Source of the DNA: Setoptus koraiensis
Taxonomy: Eukaryota > Animalia > Arthropoda
Reading direction: 5' to 3'
Assembly (NCBI GenBank): GCA_048013815.1
Contig: CM106586.1
Coordinates: 5,084,001 to 5,148,000 of the forward strand
Length of the DNA stretch: 64,000 bases
The translations under genes and the position numbers were made by a program. This document shows positions 41,301 to 53,300 of the stretch, one piece after another (the first letter of the stretch is position 1; each line of letters starts with the position of its first letter). The notes under the pieces were generated by a model that was given only the letters and a program-made list of their open reading frames with translations, had not been told where the DNA came from and did no database searches.

Positions 41301-44300
41301 CGACTGTTCGCGGCCAGATTGCGGGCGTGCTGAGTGGCTTGTTGGCGGCCATTGTCGGATTCCGCGATGCGCATACGCCGACGCCCATTATCGCCGCGAC
41401 ATGGACAGACGCGCACAGACAGAGAGATGCGAGGCGCGATAAAAAGAACAGCAATTTTAAGTGAAGTCATTAAGAGCTCGAGATGCTCGCCGCCGAGATG
41501 CCGCGGTGCCGAGACGCCGGGACGCTCGAGATGCGCCGTGCCGTATGTTCGCGCCGCGCCGCATGTTCGCACTGCCGGGCCGCATGTTCGCACCGCCGGG
41601 CCGAGCCGCCGTCGCGGCAAAGTGGCCGAGTCACTTTGCCGAGCGCTGCCGACCGACGGCGTCCAGTGGCGCCGCCAGCCCGAGCGGCGAGCGGCCCAAA
41701 AAATGCTGCCGCCGCTTCTTCGGCGAACAATCTTCGGCGAACAATCTTCGGCGAACAATCTTCACCTTGTGTCCACGCTGCAGTTATATCTGGCTCGTAT
41801 CTGGCCGCCATAGTAACCGTGGCGTAGCTATGTGAGCCGCGTCTCCTCGGCACGGGCGAGTCCCGAGCACCGGCCACTGGAGGGCACACCGAAGGCCAAC
41901 GAGATATATAAGTGACACATTAATGGAGATTTAATCTCTGCTCGCCTTTCGCCAACTGGCCACTTATCTGGCCAACTTATTGAGCGCCGGCCGCCCATTA
42001 GGCCGCCATCAGCCGTCAGCCGGCCCGCCGGCCGCAGCAGGCTCGCCTGCGCTCAACCGCGCTCGACAATGCGCTGTCCGACTCCGGCCGACGCTGTCCG
42101 ACTCCGGCCGACGCTGTCCGACTCCGGCCGACGCTGTCCGACAATGGGCGCCTCGGCGCACCGGCCAGTTGATCAAATTGGCCGAATTGGCCAAATTGGC
42201 CAATTTGATCAACTGGCCGGAGCGGCCTATCGGTCGTGTCATCGCCAACTAGCTCGCCATTGATATCGATGGCGAGCAGCGGCAAAATAGTGAGACGGTT
42301 GCGCAAGAATTGTCAGCGAGAGTGACCACCTATTTGACAGACGCCCGGTCAGCTGACTCGCTTGACAGACGGTTGGTCAGCTGAGTCGGGTGACGCTATA
42401 TGCGCAGGTCATATGTTTCATATACAGGTAACAGTGACAGGTGCAATGCGGCGAACCATTGAGAACCGTTGAGAGCCGATTGTGAGCTCTTGAGCTGGCA
42501 GGAGCGCCCTCTACTGTGCGGGCTCGCATCACTCATCGTGGTCATTTTTCAAAAGGCCGGTTAGGTTCACTTGTGCTTGTTATGTAATCACACAGCCAAT
42601 TGAGCTGCCGCTCAATGCTGTGTTATTACATAACATTTGGCCCGGTTGGCATAATATCCGTCTAATGGCCGCATGCGCTGACGGCCCGACGGGCTAATGG
42701 GCCGCCAAACTGACAAACTGACAGGCCGATGAGCTCGCCATAAGCGGCCATAACTTGCCAGTTTGTCTAATTAGCGGCCAGCTCTCATTTGGGCTGGCTT
42801 GTTTGCCTGTTTGTTTGCTTGTTTGTGTTTACTTGTGCGTTCGTCTGAGCGTTCGTTTGTGCGTTTATTTGTGCAAAGTCGCCGTGTTACGCAATGTCCT
42901 CTATTAATGGGCACCATTTGCGACACACACACACAGACCTTAATTAATAATGGCACCTGAAGCGATATTCGTCTTTCACTGTCGCTCGGGTCGCGGTTGT
43001 TGCAGTCGCTGTTGTGCTGTCGTTGTTGCTGTTGCTGCTGATGTCGTTGTCGCTGTTGATGTCGCTGTTGATGTCGCTGTTGTCGCTGTTGATGTCGCTG
43101 CTGTCGTTGCTGCTGTCGCTGGATTGCAGCGCCGCCATGACGCCAGCTAATGACGTCCACCTGTCATGGGCGCTGTCGCTAAGTGGCACAATGCCGAGAC
43201 GCCGTCAACTCGCCCAACCCGAGCGGCCGAGCTAGCCGAACCGCGCGCGGACAAAAGCGGCTTTTGGCCGACCGGCCGAGCAGCGTCGCTCACAAGCAAA
43301 CTCGTCGCAAACTTTACAACTTTTCTGCGCCTTTCCCACTTGGAGCGCCTTTGTGCCGCACTTGTGCAATGGCGCTCCAAGAGGGCGACGCAGCCATGCA
43401 AAAACTGGTATATCATCTGGTGGTTGGCGCCGTTGTTGCTGCTACCTCGGCTGATGCTGTTGTTGTTGTTGCTGCCATGTCGTTGTTGGTGTGGTTGCGG
43501 TCGCTCGGCCGCTCGTAAATCTCGCCGATAATTAATGCTAATTCTGGTGGCGCTAATCAAATTGCGATAAATTAAATCAGATCGGCCCATTGGCCTAATC
43601 GAGCCAGAGCCCGAGAGCGGCCAGCCGCGCGCCGAGCCGGACATGGCCAGCCGGCCGGCCGAGCGGCGGTCAGCGTGTGAGCGGCGGACCAGCGACCGCT
43701 CGCTCAGCTGTGAGCACAGGTGACAGAGCACAGGTGACAGAGCACAGGTGAAACACAGGTGAATCGGACTAATAAGCTGCGACGATGCGATTACATGACG
43801 CAACTTGTTGGCTTGCCGTTGCGTCATGTCTGTCCACTGCTCACCACTGCTCACCACTGACTGCTCACCACAACAGCGACAACAACAAGTTGTAGTTGTC
43901 GCGGGCAGCGCCAACCGATTTGCTTCGCGCCGCCTGCCAACCAACATCTAACAACCAACAACAACCAACAACAGCCAACAACCAACAGCCAACAGCCAAC
44001 AACAACCAACTCGTAAGGCCACGACGACATGCAACGACGCAATGTCGCTGGACAGAACAGGGCGATAAAAATAAAAATTGAGCGATAAAAATTGTGTTGG
44101 CTCACCTGTGCTGTGGCTGTCGCTGTGGCAGCACAGGTGAGCCAACACAATCACAGGCATGCTTGTTTGTTTGTATGGCAGTGTTGGTGTTTACAGGTGC
44201 CATAAGCGGCCGATGGAGCGCTCACCACCAACCGCGACTACTGTTAATGTGTTTACAACCGCCGAGCCAAACAAAGTAACGGCAACAACAAATTAACGGC

Positions 44301-47300
44301 TCGCCACTGGCCTCTGCCATGTGCGCTCTACACTGCGCCGTCCGCACTGTCCGCAAACTGTTACGTAAGTGCACACAGTCCACAGGTTGCGACTGCCGAA
44401 TGGGCACACTGGCCGGTCCATTTGGCCCTCTGTGTCGGTCATTTGCATCGTTTGCCATCAATTTGCCCATTGGCCCGGCTGGCCGCTCTCGCTCGCCGGC
44501 CCGGCTGGCCGCGACGCCAGCCGCCGGGACCCGGCGCATCGCGACACTGACAAATCGTCGCCCAGCGACATCTGCGATAGTGCGCAGGGCGCCGCATACA
44601 TTAGCGCCAATAAGCTCGCTCGTCGGCGCCGTCAACTGGGGCCAGTTCGGGCTCGCATTACCATGAAAATACGGCTCGCATCAAAAGCGTCAGAGGCCGC
44701 AGTTGGCCCGGTCAACAAAACGCACTGAATGGATGACCAGTGTGTGACGGGCCTACTTGATAAGCACTCCAGTCCGTGAATGGCCTGGCATCGGCGTGAG
44801 CTACTGCCGGCGATGATTGAATCGCCAGCAGCCAACAAACAAGCGACGTGTGTGGTTACACAACATCGTATATTATATAACATTACAGTTATACAAGAGT
44901 GGCCAAATTGATTATGTAATCGCCAATGTTGCCCATGTGACAAACAGATACGCAGTTGGCGAGCGTGAACGTTTGCTCGTGAGCTCGTCGTCGGCTTGCT
45001 CAGCTCGCTCGGCTGGTCAGTGTGCCGCTCAGTGGCTGCGCTCGTTTGGCCGCCGGCCAGACCGGACAAGCGGGGGCGGACGAGCGAGAGCGGACAAGCC
45101 AGAGGACGAGCGAGAGCGGACAAGCCAGAGGACGAGCGAGAGCGGACAAGCCAGAGGACGAGCGAGAGCGGACAAGCGAGAGCGGACAAGCAAGCGGACA
45201 AAAGAGAGCGGACGGGCCGGCGGAGATGTAATCAGCGAGATGCAATCACTATCGATCTGCTGGCGCGATAATCACTTTTGCCTGGGTCGCGTTGGCTCGC
45301 CGCGGCTCTCATAATGACAATCTCATTGATTATCTCGCTCGATGCGGCCGCTCGGACTTGACACAAAAACACAGCCACTGACACAGCCACTGACCGCTGA
45401 CGCAACCGCTCAGATGCAAAGTGACACATGAGCCCGCATTTGCACATTATCCGGTTCATTCTCTTGGGTCATTGGCTCGGCCTCGTTGGCTCCACTTTGG
45501 GCCGCGATTTGCGCCAACTTTGCTCGCCATTCTGTCAGCCAGAGCAAATGTGGGCCAGCCGCCGCGGCTCGCCCTAGCGGCCCCAACGAGCGCCGACGAG
45601 CGCCGACGAGCGCCAACGAGCGCCAGCGCTGCGCAACGAGTCCGCTGTGCAGTGTTTAATTGACACATTAGCAAACAAACAAACTTCAATATGGCACGCC
45701 AGCCAATATTGACTCGGCGCAGTGCGCCGCCGCTGGCCCACCAATCGCATGGCACAGTTACATAACAAACTGACCACAAGTCGCACGATGGCGCCATGGC
45801 ACAATCGCATAATCGCATAATGAGCAGATTGTATCACTGCGGCCGTCGTTGAGATAACGGCCGATATCGATCTGGTCGCATTCTCGCCGCTCGCCACCGC
45901 ACAAACCACAACAGCAACAACCGCAATGACCGCAACGGCAACAACCGCGCCGACAGCCGCAACGGCAGCCGCCCGACAGGAAACGGACACGCATAAAGAG
46001 CGAGGTTTTCTCGTGTGCGCGCTCAGCGACAGATAAATGGTCAGTTTGTTTGCGTCGGCTTGTTTGCGCCCGTTTGTTTGCGCCCGCCCGCCCGCTCGCC
46101 TGGGTCCGCTCGCTTGTGTCCGCTCGCCTGGGTCCGCTCGCTTGTGTCCGTTTGCCTGTGTCCGTTTGTTTGTGTCAGCTCGCCGGCGTCGGTCGCCGGC
46201 GGGGCCCCAATCACGGCCTCGCTCGGCCACTTGACTGCGACGAGCCTGGTCGGACGAGGTGGGCAAACAAATGTCCGCTCGTCCGACGGTCTCGGCCGGT
46301 TGGCCGCGCCGGCCACTCTGTCGAATGCTCGTCATCCGAGCGGCCCGCTCGGGCCGACTCGCCATCCACGAGCTGCCCGTCACGCTCGCCGCGCCGGCCA
46401 CCAACAACGGCCATAACACAGTTACATGAGTGACCACAAGTTGCTCGACTGACCGCGAGGCGGCCAACTGACCAGCGGCGAGCGCGACAAGCGCGACATG
46501 TCGCAAACACATTAATAATCAGCGCTGGCCAATTCGCAACTTGGCAAGTTGGTCAGTCGGCCGGTCGGCCGGTTGGCAGTTACAGCAACGCCAATATATA
46601 ATTTGCTAATCTGCATACCTCGACAGCAGACAGTGGACAGTGGCCAGTGGACAGTGGACAGTGGCCAGTGTGTGTGTGTAACAGACTCGCCTCGGGCGAA
46701 AGGCGAGCTTGCGTGGGCGTTCTGCTTGTGTGGCCGTCGATTATTGCATAACATTGCGCTGTTTGTGTGTGTGTGTCGTTTTGTGCGCATTACGCAATTG
46801 CTGATTGTCAATGCTGCCCGTCGGCCCGAACGCCGCCGCTCGCCGCTTAAAATGGCCCACTAATGGTGCTGCCATCGGCAGTGCCCGCATAGGTGATAGC
46901 GATGCAAACCGTTACGTTTGCGGCCGCTGCGCGGCGGCCAGCGCGGTCTGGTCACCCGCGTCTGGCGACCGCACAGCTGACCGGAGGGCGCTGCAAGCGA
47001 GCGTCGTGGTGCATTAATATTTTGCTCATTTGCCCGTCGTTTGGCCGTCGTTTGGCCGTCGTTCGGCCGTCGTTTGGCCGTCATTCGGGCCCCCGCTGCA
47101 CGCATCAATTTGTGTCTCGTCCGTCCGCACCGAGCTGCACCGTCGCCACATCGTGCTGCACCGCGCTGCACCAGGCACCACTGGCCGCACCGCTGGCCGC
47201 ACAATCGGGCTGCACAATTGTGCAGCGCGGTGCAGCCGGCCCGCACCATTTTGCAGCTAATTGTATTGTCACGGTAACGGTCAGCGCTCTCAATTACAAT

Positions 47301-50300
47301 GGCCAAAGTTGCGCAACGGGCAGCCATATTGTTCAGCGTGCACAACGTGGCTGCCGAATTGCGCAATTTTGGCCCGTGGCCGGCGAGATGTGGCGCGCAT
47401 AATCGTTTTGCAGGCTCGCTCGTGTTGGCCACTTTGCGCACTTTGTTTGTGTCACTATGCGCGTTGCTAGACGTTGCCACGCACAGACCACTGACCACTG
47501 GTTACGTAACACGTATTACGTATGCGCCACGTACGTATTGCGTAACATTACCTTGTCCGCTAGCGTCGTCATTGTGCGCATTACGCAACAATAACGGCAA
47601 CGATAATAATAACGATAATAATAACGGCCACCGTCGGCCACTGACCACTCGAGCAGCGCCAACGCGCCCACCAAGACGATGCTCGGGCCAATTACCGTGG
47701 CCGCTGCGCGCTCACCGACGGTGCACGGTCGCATCAACCGGACCTGCCGTTGTCAGTGTTGTAGTTGTTGCTGTTGTTGTTGTCGCTGTTGTTGTTGTCG
47801 CTGTTGTTGTTGTTGCCGCTGCTGGCGCGTTGCGTAATGTTATGTTGTGTGTTCGTTGTTGTTGCGTAATAATAATGTTGTTGCGTAATGATTCCATTGT
47901 GCAACGTAGCAACGTCTCTCTCTCTCTTTGTTGGCTCGCCACTTGGCAAATCCGCATCCACGCATGAATTTGGGGCCACTGTGTACGTATGTGTGCACAT
48001 TGCGGCGGAATACGGCGCGTTTTTGCACAAATGGCGCCAGCTTCGTCCGGCTCGCCGGCAGCCGATGATGAGCGTCCGCCGATCATGAATGGACGCGCTC
48101 GCATGATGCGCCCATGATCGAGCGTCTATTCATGCCGCGACGCGAGCAAACTTCATTAGCAGCATCATTATGGTTTTAGAGCGGTTTTACGGGCCGGCGT
48201 GGGCCGGCGCGAGCGTCCGACCAGCGTCTATGAATCATCGACTTGATGCCGGCTGAGCGTAATGATATGCAAACAAGCGGATAATGCGGGCGGCATTATC
48301 CGCTCGCGGACGCAGCTTATTAATTTACTCTCTGATGCAGTCGCGGCGCTTGTTTTACCATTATCATCATTATCGCCGCCATTGTTATTGGCGGCCGCAA
48401 ACTGACCGTTCGCGATTGCATGAGCTCGCGAGTTTGCGGTTGCGACTAGCGACCAGCGATAATTTGTTGCCACCAATGGCCGCTCAATGGCCAATTGCCG
48501 ATCGGACGGTCGCAGTGGCGAGCTCACTACGGCTTCCGGTGGCTCGCTGGCTCAATTAGTGCGCTCGTAATTAACTGCGCCGCGTCGCTGCAGCAGCACA
48601 GGCGACCTGTTGAACTGGCGAGCTGGCCGGATTGCGGCCAAACTGCGGCCAAACTGCGGCCAAACTGCGGCCAAATTGGCTGCGAATCGACTCAGAGTCG
48701 CAGTTCGAGGCCGCCCGCAATCGGCCAATCGCAATGGCCTAGTCAACATGAGAATACGAGCCAATATCAATATCGTAACAGCGATGGCCAGCTCGCCACA
48801 ATTAATAGTAAATTACTATTAGTAATTGTCGGCCAGGTGAACCCGAGATAATTGAGCAAACGACAAGCGACCGGCATGATTTATAGGTTCAATTGGCGCC
48901 ATTGGGAGCGACCCGTCGACGCGGCCACACCGGCGACTCACCGGCGACTCGCCAGCGAGCCACTGACTGTTGGGGGCCGAAGGGCCGGCGACGGCTTTTT
49001 AATTGGAATTGAGCGAGGTGTCTAAACGAGATTCTCACCTGTGCCTGTTACCGAGAAACGGTAGCCAGTGGCCGACAAGTGGCCAGCGGTGGCCACTGCG
49101 GCCACTTCGGCCACTGCGGCCACTTCGGCCACTTCGGCCGCTTGGTCACTCGACGGCCACTATCAAGTCGATAGTATCGACCATCCCAGCATACAAATAT
49201 TGAGCATGGTCGATGCAAACTATTGATTAACTGGCGCTTTTGTAATTGAGCGAGCGAGATATGAATCACATCGTACGATCGACCACTGGATTACGTAACA
49301 CACGTCGTGCATTGCGTAATGTGTGTTACGCAATATGTGTGTTACGTAATGTGTGTTACATGGGGGGGCATGCAGTGTGAGCACCAACAACTAATAACTT
49401 GTTACTAATAGCCAATAACTAATGATGATTTTATCTTTCTCTCTCTGCCCATCACTTGCTACACAACAAATGTGTTTGTGCGTGTGTGTGTTCTAAACAT
49501 CACTGGACACTGCTTAATTGGACATGCAAAATTCAATTTAATTCGTGTGTTGGCTCAACGGCGACTTTGCGGCCGACCCAATGCAAACCCACAACCCAAC
49601 AACTGCGGCCAAAAACGCATTACGCAACACAAAACGCAACGAATCGCAACGTCCGGCATGTTCATTATTATTCAATGTTCACGACCACCTCATAATGGCG
49701 CAACATGCATGCCTCAACTCACTAAATTGCGTAACCGCCTCAACCGCAACCACCTCAACCGCAACCACCGCACTAAATTGCGTAACCACAACGACCACTG
49801 CGACGACCTACACATCAATGGCGATATTATCTTGCGCTACAAATCTCTAATTAATTGCCTGTGTGTCGCCTGTGCAATTGCTTGTTTGCGCGCACCTTGA
49901 TCATGTCGAACAACAACAACAACAACAACCTGTTTGGTGTTTGTTGCCGGCGCTTTCGTTGCACCGCCACGCCAACAACCCGTCGTGGCCCAACGTCAAC
50001 AACAACGTCAACAACCGCAACAACCGCATCAACAACAACCGCAACAACAACCGCAACAACAACGTCAACAACCGCAACGACATTGGGCAACTGATTATTT
50101 ATTTGCTGGCCGCATCAATTGCGATTGCGCGACGCCGCCCGCCATTGTCATTAATCATCTCAACGCTGCTCAATGACTGACTCTCAATGGCGCATCAACC
50201 GACAACATTATACAACATTATGCAACAACCGGCTAACCTACGCACGACGGCCGATTGAACTGGCGGCGCACGATTGCAACTAACAAACGTTCATTCGTGT

Positions 50301-53300
50301 ATGATTAATCATTTTGATTTACGTACGCACTAAACGTTGCGTCATTGTTGCCATTTACCACTTTGGCCACTTTGGCGCGGCGACCATAACACGTTGACGT
50401 TGGCGTCTCTTGAATTGTTGAATGGCTCAAACGATCGAATGCTCGAACGGCTGAAATGAAACGAAACGAACGCGATGACGCAACTCGAACAGACTCAACC
50501 AAGAGATCAACGGCGGCGCCTGGTGCCCCATGAAGCCCATATCGGCGCACAACTTTGGCAAGGAATGGATCCAGGTGAAACTCAACAGGTCGCACGTTGT
50601 CACCGCCATAGAGACGCAGGGTCGGTACGGTTTTGGCAGCGGGCGCGAGTATGTCACCCACTATCAGATTGAGTATTCGCGCGATTCGGGCAAATCGTGG
50701 CACAAATGGCGCGACTACAAGGGCAACTACGTGAGTATTCCTATTCAACTATTCAACAACTACATTGCGCGGCAACAACATTGCGCAACAACAACACCGC
50801 TCTCTATTACATAACAATGTCTCGCTGACCGCATACATGGCCTATGGCTTCGCGAACCGCGACGACACTGTGCGCCGAGTGGCCACGATTGGCGGCGTTG
50901 TCTCGCCGAGGGCGAGCAGCATCAATCAGGCAGCCGCTCGCCTCTGCTGCGGGCACCGGCGGGGCTTCTCGGTCGTTCTTTGGTCGTTCTTTGGTCGTTC
51001 TTTGTGCGCTCTTTGTGCGTTCTTTGAGCGTTCGTTGTGCGTTCTCTGAGCGCTCGATCCCGGGCGTTCGTTGCATGGGCGTTCGGCCGTTCCGAGATGC
51101 GAGCTGCGAACTGCAAGTTCAAACGTTCGAGCGTTCGAACGACCAGACAGGCGGAATGAGTCGATTATTTGATTACATCACTGAGTTGCTGTTGCTGCGG
51201 CCGGCATCATGCGTTATTATTATTATTATGTAAGCTGTCATGATGCAACAACAGGGACGCGCTTCTTGGAACTGGCCGGTTGCGAGTGCCGGGCCGAGCG
51301 GCCAAAAAGAATATTCTTGCAATATTCGGCGAATTCTTCAACGATGATTCGGCATTTCGGAGCGACGGACCTGGTCGCTGCCAATGCTTGTCGGGTTGCG
51401 CAACAGTGCTCAACGGCGCCGGACAACAAAGCGGCTGCTGCGTCGCTGTTGTTCGGTCGGTTGTTGTTGTTGGCGCCAATGGCAAATTTACACTTGAACA
51501 GTTCGAGTTGAACACAACAGAATAATACGATAGCGATTCAATTTGAGTGGCCCCGTTGCCACCTCAATTGGCTAATGGCGACCTTATGGCCGCGATCATC
51601 ATGATGAGACTTGTGCCAATAATTGAATAAGCGGCTATTTTTAACAATGGCCCGGCCGTGGGCACCATTAATTGGCGCTCGACGGCACCATTCGCGGCTG
51701 CACCGTTTGCCGCATGCAAATGAGCGTGATGAGTCGTTATTGAGTTTATTGAGTTCATTGAGTTAGCCGGGCCGATTGAGTTAGCCGCAGTTACGACACA
51801 CAGTCTCTGTGACAGAGAGAGCGTTAAGTGTCGATATTAATATTCACGAATATTCGCAATCACGGCGCGATATTTATATGGTGTCGTGATAAAAGTTCGC
51901 GGATGCCGCGCGAACACACTGCGGATTGAGGCGAACACACCGCTGATTGAGGCGAATGTAGCGCGGATTGGGGCCCGCAGACTGCGGTGAGTGTGGGGCG
52001 CACTCGACGGCGCTCGTCGAAAACAGATGGTGCTCGCGAACGCGGAGGCACCTTCGAGCGGAACTTGTAGCGCCAACTTTAGGGCGCTTCGCTCCGCGAA
52101 TCACTTCGCATATCACTTCGCATATCACATCGTACATCGCGCCGTGTATCAGTTTGTATATCACTTGGCTGCCAAAGTTTGGCATCACTTGGCGCATCGC
52201 GGCGCTGATTGCATAATACAACGAGAGCCGGCGTAAGCCGTCGAGTGAGGCCGCCGTCATCGGGCGACTGTCGCGCGGCCGATCGACCGACCGAAATTGC
52301 GCCGACCGACCGACAATGCGCCGACCGACCGACAATGCGGCCGCAGCACGCGCGCTCGGCTCGCCCGGCGACGCGGCCCGGATCGCAAAAAGCCGCAAAT
52401 TTGCAGCGAACGCCTCGCAAGTCGCCACAACGTGCCGCAACGACAATCGAGAGTGAGACAAATTTTACGAGCGAGCTCAAACGAGCGGAGGCTCGGCTAT
52501 AAAATCCGCGCGTCAGCGGCCGTCGTGTTTGCCGCGCACTGTCGGATCGGACTGCCCGAGTCGGACCGTTCGCCGCAACTGCTCGCCGCGGACCGTTCGC
52601 CGCGGACTGTTTGCCGCGGACTGTTTGCTGCGGACTGTTTGCTGCGGACTGTTTGCACGGCCGGCCGGATTTAACTGTTGTTTTACGACCAGAGCAGAGT
52701 CGCAAAGTTGATGCTCCTCGTGCGCGAGTGTGTGCGCCGAGGAGGCCCGCCGATAAACAAAGAAGCGCCAGTTGTTCGCCAAACTATTAATAACAATATG
52801 TATATAATAGTTATAAATGAGCGAGAGATTATCGCCATTGTTCGCACAGCGGACACTCTGCCGCGGCGCGGGTGCCCGTCCGGGCCGGTCGCCGCGCTCA
52901 CAGCCAGGCCTTCCTAACCTAGTCCGATCGTCGCCGGCCCGCGTGCAGCTAACTCTGCCCGATCGCGGTCGGTCCGCGTGCCGCCCAACTCACCGGCACC
53001 CGCAGCCGCCGACAATGCGCGCACACAATGCCAGCCCGGCCCGGAGCTGTCATTATCACCTGCATGCGAGCGCCCTCTGCACGCGCGACCAGCCAACACG
53101 GGCTCATTATCAGCCAGTTAATTGGTGCCGCGGGTTTGCGACAGTTGAGAGCGGGTTTGCACGAGTTGAGAGCGGGTTCGCACGAGTCGAGAGCGCGTTT
53201 TGCAACGTTGGCAGGAAGCGCCAGCCAAAGAGCCGACTGAGCCAGCCAAAACAAAGTCAAGTGGGCCTACGCCGGCTCGCCGGGCGCTGCCGGGCAGACA

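Noticed and set aside
35370-46512. Long intronic ORFs (35370-36353, 36473-37345, 38326-39186, 43147-43947, 45574-46512) and similar ones such as 10630-11442 and 19854-20654
   Set aside because: Translations are built from tandem repeats and microsatellites, lack motifs, and occur on both strands at once.
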